This document shows positions 1-7,299 of a stretch of 64,000 nucleotides of DNA, in pieces; within the stretch, counting starts at the first letter, position 1; each line of letters begins with the position of its first letter. The stretch comes from Alloprevotella sp. Its GTDB lineage: Bacteria > Bacillota > Clostridia > Oscillospirales > Oscillospiraceae. The position numbers were made by a program, and so were the translations under genes. The stretch lies in assembly GCA_963618155.1 (NCBI GenBank), contig CAVEQW010000036.1:10038-74037 (forward strand), read 5' to 3'. Under the pieces are notes generated by a model, which did not search any database, had not been told where the DNA came from, and worked only from the letters and a program-made list of their open reading frames with translations.

Positions 1-1
1 G

Positions 2-1189
2 GTGAGCGGGATGGAGATGAAACGCTTTGCCGTGCTTGGCTATGGGACGGTCGGAAGATCCGTCTGCCGCGTATGGAGTGAATTTGAGCACGCACCGCTC
101 ATGCAGGGACCCATCCTCGTGCGCCGCGCGCATGAGCCGGACGAGTTCTCGGCCTATATGACCGAGCGCTTCGAGGACATCGAAAAAGACCCGAGCATCA
201 CAGTCGTGGCCGAGGTCATGGGCGGCACGGACGCCGCCTGGGAATACTCCCGCCGGGCGCTGCTCGCGGGGAAGAGCGTCGTGTCGTCGAACAAGGCGCT
301 CGCGGCGGAGCGCGGCGCGGAGCTCTGCGCTCTTGCGCACCGCATGGGCGTGAGCTACCGCTTTGAGGCGGCGGTCTGCGGCGGCATCCCGCTGCTCGCG
401 CCGCTGACCGACTCGCTCGGCGCGAACCGGGTGGACGAGCTCTGCGGCATATTCAACGGCACCACGAACTACATCCTCACGGCCATGCGCCGTGACGGGG
501 CGGCCTATGCGGACGCGCTGGCGCAGGCGCAGGCGCTCGGCTATGCCGAGGCCGACCCCACCGCCGACGTGGAGGGGCACGATGCCGGACGCAAAACGGC
601 GCTGCTCGGCTCGCTCGCCTTTGGGCGGCGTATCCGCTTCGACACCATGCACGTCGCCGGTATCCCATCGGTCACGCCGGAGGATATGGAGCTTGCCGAT
701 GCGCTCGGCTATGCCGTCAAGCTCCTCGGCCGGACAGGCCGCACGGCGGAGGGCATATACGCCTATGTCCAGCCGCAGCTCGTGCCGCACGACGCCCTGC
801 TCGCCTCCGTGGACGGCGTGATGAACGCCTGCCTCGTCCATGCCAGCGCCGCCGGTGAGATTCTGTTCTACGGCCCCGGTGCGGGCGGACGCCCCACGGC
901 GAGCGCCGTCTGCGCCGATATACTCGCGGCGGTGCGGCACCCCGGCGACTGCATGGAGCTTTCCGCCGAGCATACGCCGCTTTTGCCGGAGGCGCAGCTC
1001 GTCTCGCGCTGGTACGTCCGCGCGGAGGCAGAGCCGGACGCCCTGCTCGCGGCCTTTCCGACGGCGAAGCCGGTCTATGGCAGCGGCGGCAGCTGCGCCT
1101 TCATCACAGAGCCGTGCAGCCGGACGGCACTGGGCGAGGGTCTGCACGCGATACACGCCGGCCGCGCGTGGCGCGTTTGGGAAGCATGA
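2..1189 (+). CDS. hom: Homoserine dehydrogenase
   Basis: 395-aa ORF. It has an N-terminal Rossmann-type FAVLGYGTVGRSV motif and homoserine-DH-like core motifs (GIFNGTTNYIL, AEADPTADVEGHDAGRK). It lies directly upstream of aspartate kinase. The true start may be ATG at 11 or 17 rather than GTG at 2. Confidence 0.85.
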   Translation: MSGMEMKRFAVLGYGTVGRSVCRVWSEFEHAPLMQGPILVRRAHEPDEFSAYMTERFEDIEKDPSITVVAEVMGGTDAAWEYSRRALLAGKSVVSSNKALAAERGAELCALAHRMGVSYRFEAAVCGGIPLLAPLTDSLGANRVDELCGIFNGTTNYILTAMRRDGAAYADALAQAQALGYAEADPTADVEGHDAGRKTALLGSLAFGRRIRFDTMHVAGIPSVTPEDMELADALGYAVKLLGRTGRTAEGIYAYVQPQLVPHDALLASVDGVMNACLVHASAAGEILFYGPGAGGRPTASAVCADILAAVRHPGDCMELSAEHTPLLPEAQLVSRWYVRAEAEPDALLAAFPTAKPVYGSGGSCAFITEPCSRTALGEGLHAIHAGRAWRVWEA

Positions 1190-1245
1190 ATAGAATGATA
1201 TGGGGCAGCGCCCCGTATATGAGCGAATAAGGGGAATCTATATAT

Positions 1246-2454
1246 ATGCTGATCGTACAGAAATTCGGCGGCTCCTCCGTGGCGGATGCCGCCAGGATCA
1301 AAAATGTCGCCTCCATCATCGCCGAGACCTATCTGGCCGGAAACGAGCTTGTGGTCGTGCTCTCGGCTCAGGGCGACACCACGGACGAGCTTCTGGAAAA
1401 GGCCGCCGAGCTGAACGCTGCGCCCTCCCGACGGGAGCTTGATATGCTCCTCGCCACGGGGGAGCAGCAGTCCATCGCGCTGATGGCCATGTGTCTGGAG
1501 GCCATGGGGCTTCCGGTCATATCCCTGACCGGCTGGCAGGCCGGTATGCACACCGACGCCGCCTATGGCGACGCCCGCATCCGCCGCATCGACACCGAGC
1601 GGCTGCGCCGGGAGCTTGATATGCGGCGCATCGTGCTGGTGGCCGGCTTCCAGGGGCTCACCAAATTCGACGACGTTACCACCCTCGGCCGCGGCGGCTC
1701 GGATGCAACGGCCGTGGCGCTGGCGGCGGCGCTCCACGCCGACCGCTGCCAGATATTCACCGATGTCGAGGGCGTCTTTACCGCCGACCCGCGCAAGGTA
1801 CCGGCGGCGCGTAAGCTCGATGAGATAAGCTGCGACGAGATGATGGAGCTTGCGTCCATGGGGGCGCAGGTGCTCATGAATCGCTCCGTGCAGCTCGCCA
1901 AGCGCTACGGGGTGGAGCTGGAGGTGCTTTCCTCCACCGCCCGCAAGAGCGGAACTATGGTCAAGGAGGTCACAAAAGACATGGAGGAAATGAAGATCAC
2001 CGGCATTGCCAAGGACGAGAAGGTCGCCCGCATCACCGTGGAGGGACTGCCCGACACACCCGGCGCGGCGTTCCGCGTCTTCGGCGCGATCGCCCGCGAG
2101 GGCGTGAACGTGGACGTCATCATCCAGGCCAACGGCCGCGACGGACGCAACGATATGTCCTTCACCGTGGCGGAGGCCGACGCGGACCGGGCGCGGGAGG
2201 CCGCCATGAGCCGCCGCAGCACGCTCGGCTTCGACGACGTGTCCATCGACACGAGCATCGCCAAGGTCAGCGTCGTCGGCGCGGGCATGATGTCGAATTC
2301 TGCGATCGCGGCACTGGTGTTCGAGGCGCTCAACGACGAGAATATCAACATCCAGATGATCTCCACGAGCGAGATCAAGCTCTCCGTCATCATCGAGCAG
2401 GATAAGGCCGACCGCGCCGTCGCCGCCATCCACCGCAAGTTTTTTGAGAGCTGA
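1246..2454 (+). CDS. lysC: Aspartate kinase
   Basis: 402-aa ORF starting MLIVQKFGGSSVADAARIKNVA, the amino-acid kinase signature. It has C-terminal ACT-like repeats (KVSVVGAGM, ISTSEIKLSVII) and follows hom. Confidence 0.9.
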   Translation: MLIVQKFGGSSVADAARIKNVASIIAETYLAGNELVVVLSAQGDTTDELLEKAAELNAAPSRRELDMLLATGEQQSIALMAMCLEAMGLPVISLTGWQAGMHTDAAYGDARIRRIDTERLRRELDMRRIVLVAGFQGLTKFDDVTTLGRGGSDATAVALAAALHADRCQIFTDVEGVFTADPRKVPAARKLDEISCDEMMELASMGAQVLMNRSVQLAKRYGVELEVLSSTARKSGTMVKEVTKDMEEMKITGIAKDEKVARITVEGLPDTPGAAFRVFGAIAREGVNVDVIIQANGRDGRNDMSFTVAEADADRAREAAMSRRSTLGFDDVSIDTSIAKVSVVGAGMMSNSAIAALVFEALNDENINIQMISTSEIKLSVIIEQDKADRAVAAIHRKFFES

Positions 2455-2642
2455 CGATTTTGTAACTTTTTTAATTTCTCGACAAAATACAACATCTTGC
2501 GCAAAGCGTCCCGGCCTGACACAAATGGCTGGGACACTTGTGTTTTCAATGATTTTTTGTTGTTGACAAGAGATGACTCGTGTGTTACTTTGTTTCTATA
2601 TCGTAACTAAATTGTAACTTTTTCATTACGCGAGGTGTTTCC

Positions 2643-5183
2643 ATGAGTCAGTCAACCACTCTCTCGCCCGCGCTGACGGCGGCCCGGCTTGCCGCCATGA
2701 ACGGGGAGCAGATCGTGAAAATGGGGCGTGAGCTGCTCGCCCAGCTTGACCGCGACCCGGACGGCGTCCACGGCAATATATGGCCGGGCAACATCCACAT
2801 CGACGGGGACGGGAAGGCCGTGCTCGGCGAAGGCTCTGTCGCGCCCGTCTCCGCCCGCACGCCGGAGCAGGTCGAGTATATGGCGCCGGAGGCGTTCTGG
2901 GACAACGACTTCAGCCGCGCCGCCGACCTTTACAGCATCGCGCTCGTGATGTACACCGCTTACAACGGCGGCCGCCTCCCCTTCACCGACTCCGCCGAGC
3001 CGGACGATGCGGCGCGGGCGCAGGCGCTGCGCACCCGCATGAAGGGAAACGAGCTCGTTCTGCCGGAGGGCGTCAGCGAGGATGTCGGGGAAATACTGCG
3101 GCGCGAGCTTGCCTACAGTCCGGAGGGGCGCTACCTCACCGGCGAGTCCATGCTCCACGACCTGAGCGAGACGGACGAGGCGCTGCCCTCTGCCGCGCCG
3201 GACGATGAGCCGCCCAGCGATGCCGAGGCTGCCGCCTCTGCCGCCGCCACCGGTCTTGCAGGCGTGTCCGCCGTGGCCGAGCCCTCCGCGATGCCGCGTG
3301 AGGAGGCGCGTCCCATCGAGGCTGCCGCCGGCGTCTCTGCCAGCAGCATACTCATGGAGCAGGAGCTGCGCGCCATGGATGAGCCGAAGAAAAAGAAGAA
3401 AAAGCCCGCCAAGGCGTCTGCGGATACGACGCCGCTGGCCGCTATTTTTGCCGAGCCTGTCGCGGCGCAGAAGCAGGAGCCGAGGGCGGATGCCGCGCCG
3501 GACTTCACCCCCGGAGCCGATGACACGGTGATCCTGACGGCGGAGAAGGAGCCTGACAAGGGCGGTGAAGCGGGCGCTGCGGCGGAGAAAAAGACGCCGG
3601 CTGCCTCGGGTTCGAGCGGAGCGTCCAAGAAAAAGAAAAAGAACACAAACGCCAAAAACGGCGGCGGCAGTGCGCAGAAGCCCGCCGGAAAGCCCGCCGA
3701 TACCTCCAGGCCGGAGGATAAAAAGCCGGGCGACACGGTCGTTCTGACGGCCAAGCCGGAGCCCAAGGCGCAGGACAGGCCGGGGACTGCGGGGAACGCC
3801 GCGGCAAAGACGCCGCCCGCCACGGGCACATCCAAGCCAAAAACGGCCGGCGGCGGGAGCACAGCGGGACAGAAGCATCCCAACGCGCAGAAGCCCGCCG
3901 GGAAAAAGGCGGGCGCCGCGCCGCGCAGGAAAAACAGCGGCACGATCGTCGCCATCGGTGCGGGCGTGCTTGTGATCGCGGGGCTCGTCTGCGTCGCCGC
4001 CTACTCCCTCGGCGCGTTTGAAACAAAGCCAACGCCGCTCACCGCCGCGACCATCCCGCCGCAGGCCGTCCAGTCCACCGAGGAGCCGTCCACGCCGACG
4101 CCTGCTCCGACTGCGGCGGCATACAGCTTCACCGCCCGTGCGACCACCCTTGACTGGGATGAGCTGACGGACGCCGGGCTTGCCGTCCTCGATGGACAGG
4201 ACGCGCTTGACGCGGCCGTGGCCGCCGCCGAAAAGGCGGGGCTTGAGAGCCTCTGGATCGGCGCACGCTATCTCGATGCGGCCGATGCGCCGGACGGCGA
4301 GGCCGGCTGGTACTGGCTCGACGGGACGCAGCTTCCCGAAAACAGCAGCTTCTGGGCGGATGGCGAGCCCTCCGCAAGCACCGGCGGACGCCTGATGCTC
4401 CGCCGCGGTGCGGACGGGAGCTGGCGCTTCTATGCCGTCACGCAAGACCAGTTTGAGGACGGCGGCTTCACCGAGCTCGGCTATATCACGGACGGCAGCG
4501 GCATGATCGTCAAGGCCTCGCCCTCGCCGTCGCCCTCGCCGACCGCGAAGCCGACGCTGACGCCTGCGCCCACCGTCTCGCCGAATTCAAACAATCGCTA
4601 CATCTATGTTCCCACCGCCGCGCCGACCACGGCGCCGACTACGCAGCCGACCACGGCGCCGACCACGCAGCCGACCACGCAGCCGACCACCAAGCCGACG
4701 ACGCAGCCGACCACCCAGCCGGTGACGCCCTCGCCCAAGCCGGACGATAATTATATCGCCATTACCGAAAGCAAGACGTGGACGCAGTTCAAGGAGGAGG
4801 GCAAGACACTTGCCGAAGCCGCGACGCCGGAGAAGCATACGGCCATTGTCAAGTTCCTCGATGACTACAACAGCATGCACAGTGACGCGAAGCTTCTCAA
4901 CGTCTGGCTCGGTGCGCAGTATCTGGCTGCCGATGAGAGCAGCGACCGCTCCGCGGGCTGGTACTGGCTCGACGGTACGGCGCTGGCCACGACCGACGCC
5001 AGCTGGGCGACAGCGGAGGAAAGCGCCAAAACAACGGACTGCAAGCTCATGCTGCGCTATGTCGATAACGCGTGGAAATACTACGCCGTCACGGACAAGG
5101 AATTCACTGACGGGCTTGAAACGACCTATGCCAACAGCGGCGCACTCACCGTGACCGCGACCGAGACGACCACCGGCGAATGA
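2643..5183 (+). CDS. Membrane protein: kinase C-lobe-only pseudokinase, disordered K/P/A-rich linker, one TM helix, two cysteine-free C-type-lectin-like domains
   Basis: 846-aa ORF.
- The N-terminus aligns to the Ser/Thr kinase catalytic loop onward: HGNIWPGNIHIDGDG versus HRDxKPxN, GEG in place of DFG, YMAPE retained.
- No Gly-loop or VAIK lobe is present.
- One TM helix: IVAIGAGVLVIAGLVCVAAY.
- Two modules carry WIGARY...GWYWLDG...W..GEP and WLGAQY...GWYWLDG.
- A PTTQ-repeat linker separates the two modules. Confidence 0.6.
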   Translation: MSQSTTLSPALTAARLAAMNGEQIVKMGRELLAQLDRDPDGVHGNIWPGNIHIDGDGKAVLGEGSVAPVSARTPEQVEYMAPEAFWDNDFSRAADLYSIALVMYTAYNGGRLPFTDSAEPDDAARAQALRTRMKGNELVLPEGVSEDVGEILRRELAYSPEGRYLTGESMLHDLSETDEALPSAAPDDEPPSDAEAAASAAATGLAGVSAVAEPSAMPREEARPIEAAAGVSASSILMEQELRAMDEPKKKKKKPAKASADTTPLAAIFAEPVAAQKQEPRADAAPDFTPGADDTVILTAEKEPDKGGEAGAAAEKKTPAASGSSGASKKKKKNTNAKNGGGSAQKPAGKPADTSRPEDKKPGDTVVLTAKPEPKAQDRPGTAGNAAAKTPPATGTSKPKTAGGGSTAGQKHPNAQKPAGKKAGAAPRRKNSGTIVAIGAGVLVIAGLVCVAAYSLGAFETKPTPLTAATIPPQAVQSTEEPSTPTPAPTAAAYSFTARATTLDWDELTDAGLAVLDGQDALDAAVAAAEKAGLESLWIGARYLDAADAPDGEAGWYWLDGTQLPENSSFWADGEPSASTGGRLMLRRGADGSWRFYAVTQDQFEDGGFTELGYITDGSGMIVKASPSPSPSPTAKPTLTPAPTVSPNSNNRYIYVPTAAPTTAPTTQPTTAPTTQPTTQPTTKPTTQPTTQPVTPSPKPDDNYIAITESKTWTQFKEEGKTLAEAATPEKHTAIVKFLDDYNSMHSDAKLLNVWLGAQYLAADESSDRSAGWYWLDGTALATTDASWATAEESAKTTDCKLMLRYVDNAWKYYAVTDKEFTDGLETTYANSGALTVTATETTTGE
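4623..4721 (+). repeat. In-frame 12-nt tandem repeat (CCGACCACGCAG-like) encoding (PTTA/PTTQ/PTTK)n linker
   Basis: About eight consecutive near-identical 12-nt units are visible in the DNA. They translate to PTTAPTTQPTTAPTTQPTTQPTTKPTTQPTTQP. Confidence 0.85.
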
Positions 5184-5197
5184 TCAACCACAGCAGC

Positions 5198-5239
5198 GGC
5201 GCACGAGGCACTGCTTGACAGGTTTCGTGCGCCGTTTCT
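5198..5239 (+). terminator. Putative intrinsic terminator after the pseudokinase/lectin gene
   Basis: 9-bp stem ggcgcacga/tcgtgcgcc at 5198-5206 and 5225-5233, followed by gtttct. The loop is long, so this is only moderate. Confidence 0.45.
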
Positions 5240-5304
5240 ATGGACAAAATGGGCGCTATCTGGTATGATATAGGACACTTATCTGGGACCGAGGAAAGGG
5301 ACAT

Positions 5305-6567
5305 ATGAAAAAATATCTCGCATTTATCCTTTGCGCCGTGCTGCTGGCATCACTTCTCGCCGGCTGCGGCAAAAGCAAGATCGAGGAATACGACGCCGAG
5401 ACGGTCACCACCGCCGAGGAAACGGCGGAGCAGGCGCGCGAGGCCAGCGACCCCGCCAACTACTACCTCGCCGACGCCGTCGTATGCGCGGTGGACGGGC
5501 TTGAATGCAGCTGGGAGGAATATTACTACTGGCTGAACAACTGCCGTCAGAGCGTGGAGAGCCAGTGCGGCGAGATCAGCGACTGGGACGCGCTCAACAG
5601 CTACTACACCAACATGAGCAACGAGCAGGTCGTGCTCACGCTGGCGCAGAACGATATGTTGTATTACCAGACCGTTCTTGTCCAGACGGACGAGGCCGGG
5701 ATCACCCCCACGGACGAGGAGGCCGAGCAGGAGCTGCTTCTCGAGGCCGACCAGATGTTCGGCGACGGGGACGGCGAGCTCACCGAGGAGGAGCGTGCCT
5801 CGCTCGACGAGTATCTCGCGGAGGCGGGCATCAGCTATGCGCTCCAGCTGCGGCTTGCGAAGTATAAGCTCGCGGAGCAGACGCTGTTTGAGTATACCAC
5901 CGCCGATGTAGATGACGAGCAGGTTGTCGAATGGGCGGCGGAGCAGGGCTATATGGCGGCGAAGCATATCCTGCTGCTGACCGTGGACGCGACGACCCGC
6001 GAGGCGCTGGATGAGGCGACCGTGACGGAAAAGAAGGAGACGGCGGACTATCTGCTCGCCGAGCTGACCGAGGCAAAGGCTGCCGAGGAAAAGGCCATTG
6101 CCGCCGCGCCGCAGACCGAACAGACGACTGCGGAAACGGACGAGGCCTCCGGCGAGCTGCTCGACCCCGCCGCGCAGGCGCGCGCCGATTTTGAGGCGTA
6201 TTTCGACAAGCTCATGAACGAATACTCCGAGGACACCGGCCTTGAAAGCCATCCGAACGGCTATGTCTTCCTGCCCGGGGAGATGGTCGAGGCGTTTGAG
6301 ACGGCCGTCCAGTCGCTGGACGAGGATCTCGGCCTCAGCGGCGTGGTCGAGAGCGAATACGGCTACCACATCATCCTGCGCCGAGAGCTCGACCCGGACG
6401 TGGTGCTGGGGCAGAACCGCTACGGCTATGACGTGACGCTGCGCAGCTATGTCCTCAACAACATCTTCAGCGAGGCGAACAGCGCCGCCGCCGAGGAAGT
6501 GACCGTCGAATGGACGGAGGGCTTCGACACCATCGACCTCGCCCAGCTCTTCGCCACGCTCGGCTGA
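5305..6567 (+). CDS. PrsA-like lipoprotein, parvulin-type peptidyl-prolyl isomerase / foldase
   Basis: Lipobox signal MKKYLAFILCAVLLASLLAGCGK. It has a long acidic chaperone-like region and a C-terminal parvulin-like motif (ESEYGYHIILR). A good RBS (gaggaaaggg) is present. Confidence 0.75.
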   Translation: MKKYLAFILCAVLLASLLAGCGKSKIEEYDAETVTTAEETAEQAREASDPANYYLADAVVCAVDGLECSWEEYYYWLNNCRQSVESQCGEISDWDALNSYYTNMSNEQVVLTLAQNDMLYYQTVLVQTDEAGITPTDEEAEQELLLEADQMFGDGDGELTEEERASLDEYLAEAGISYALQLRLAKYKLAEQTLFEYTTADVDDEQVVEWAAEQGYMAAKHILLLTVDATTREALDEATVTEKKETADYLLAELTEAKAAEEKAIAAAPQTEQTTAETDEASGELLDPAAQARADFEAYFDKLMNEYSEDTGLESHPNGYVFLPGEMVEAFETAVQSLDEDLGLSGVVESEYGYHIILRRELDPDVVLGQNRYGYDVTLRSYVLNNIFSEANSAAAEEVTVEWTEGFDTIDLAQLFATLG

Positions 6568-6576
6568 GAAATAAAA

Positions 6577-6610
6577 ATCGACAGGTCTCAAACGAGACTT
6601 GTCGATTTTC
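6577..6610 (+). terminator. Intrinsic terminator (potentially bidirectional)
   Basis: 13-bp stem atcgacaggtctc/gagacttgtcgat with one G-T pair and a 4-nt loop. An A-run lies upstream and tttt downstream. Confidence 0.75.
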
Positions 6611-6683
6611 TATGTGCGCTGTCATTCACCCTCCGCCGAGTCCGATTTTTCGTACAGCTTTCGTACAGCTTTTGTGAAGAAGT

Positions 6684-6717
6684 AAAAATCGACAAGCGCC
6701 GGATGTCGCTTGCCGAT
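6684..6717 (-). terminator. Intrinsic terminator downstream of the tRNA-Thr/tRNA-Tyr unit
   Basis: On the minus strand: stem atcggcaagcg/cgcttgtcgat with one G-T pair, followed by ttttt. It lies immediately 3' of tRNA-Tyr. Confidence 0.7.
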
Positions 6718-6720
6718 TTT

Positions 6721-6805
6721 TGGTGGGGGAAGGTGGATTCGAACCACCGAAGGCATTGCCAGCAGATTTACAGTCTGTCCCCTTTGGCCACTCGGGAATT
6801 CCCCC
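6721..6805 (-). tRNA. tRNA-Tyr (anticodon GTA), class II with long variable arm, encoded CCA
   Basis: Reverse complement reads GGGGGAATTCCCGAGTGGCCAAAGGGGACAGACTGTAAATCTGCTGGCAATGCCTTCGGTGGTTCGAATCCACCTTCCCCCACCA. The 7-bp acceptor stem is GGGGGAA/TTCCCCC. The anticodon loop is CTGTAAA and the T-arm is GGTGG-TTCGAAT-CCACC. Confidence 0.9.
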
Positions 6806-6824
6806 ATATGGAATTGTCAGGCGG

Positions 6825-6899
6825 TGGAGCTGGTGAAGGGAATCGAACCCCCAACCTACGCATTACAAGTGCGTTGCTCTACCGTTGAGCTACACCAGC
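6825..6899 (-). tRNA. tRNA-Thr (anticodon TGT), encoded CCA
   Basis: Reverse complement reads GCTGGTGTAGCTCAACGGTAGAGCAACGCACTTGTAATGCGTAGGTTGGGGGTTCGATTCCCTTCACCAGCTCCA. The acceptor stem is GCTGGTG/CACCAGC and the D-arm is GCTC/GAGC. The anticodon stem is ACGCA/TGCGT with loop CTTGTAA. Confidence 0.88.
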
Positions 6900-6918
6900 A
6901 CAGGAAGGTAGCCTAAGC

Positions 6919-6947
6919 ATAATAGCAGACCACTCCGCGTTTGTCAA
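6919..6947 (-). promoter_or_regulatory. Sigma-A-type promoter for the tRNA-Thr/Tyr unit
   Basis: The minus strand reads TTGACA (6947-6942), a 17-nt spacer, then TATTAT (6924-6919). This ends about 20 nt upstream of the tRNA-Thr 5' end. Confidence 0.7.
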
Positions 6948-6966
6948 CAAAAATTTCGAGGTTTTT

Positions 6967-7299
6967 ATGAAAAATACCATCACCCTGCCCGCCGGGGATC
7001 CGACGCGGGCGATCTTCACCATGGACGGCGACTATATGCTGCCGTACATCCGCCCCGGCGAGGCCGTCCGCGTGAGCTTTGAGCGCCCGGAGACGGGCGA
7101 GTGCGGCCTCTTCTCCGCCGGGGGCGAGGCGCTCGTCCGCCAGTACTGCGAGGACGGCCTCGGCAACATATATCTCTTCGCGCTCAACCGCGAGCGGCGG
7201 GAGCTTGACCGCTGCTTCCCCGGCGGGCGCGGTCTCGTCTGCCTCGGCCGGCTGCTGCTCGACCGGCGCGCCCCGCTCCCGCTCGATCTCAGGGGCTAG
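6967..7299 (+). CDS. Stand-alone S24 (LexA/UmuD C-terminal)-like domain protein, nucleophile apparently replaced
   Basis: 110-aa ORF. MDGDYMLPYIRPGEAVRV aligns to the GDSM-x-P...GD motif of S24 peptidases, but with Tyr in place of the catalytic Ser. There is no HTH domain. It converges on and overlaps the mutS stop by 4 nt. Confidence 0.45.
   Translation: MKNTITLPAGDPTRAIFTMDGDYMLPYIRPGEAVRVSFERPETGECGLFSAGGEALVRQYCEDGLGNIYLFALNRERRELDRCFPGGRGLVCLGRLLLDRRAPLPLDLRG

Noticed and set aside
3387-3643. A-rich lysine-codon runs (aagaaaaagaagaaaaag at 3387-3404 and aagaaaaagaaaaagaac at 3627-3643), considered as slippery or phase-variable tracts.
   Set aside because: No uninterrupted homopolymer is longer than 5 nt. 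They are more simply poly-Lys coding patches in the disordered linker.
6622-6916. Small ORFs (61-68 aa) overlapping the tRNA region.
   Set aside because: They coincide with tRNA-Tyr, tRNA-Thr and their terminator. The tRNA cloverleaves explain the sequence.
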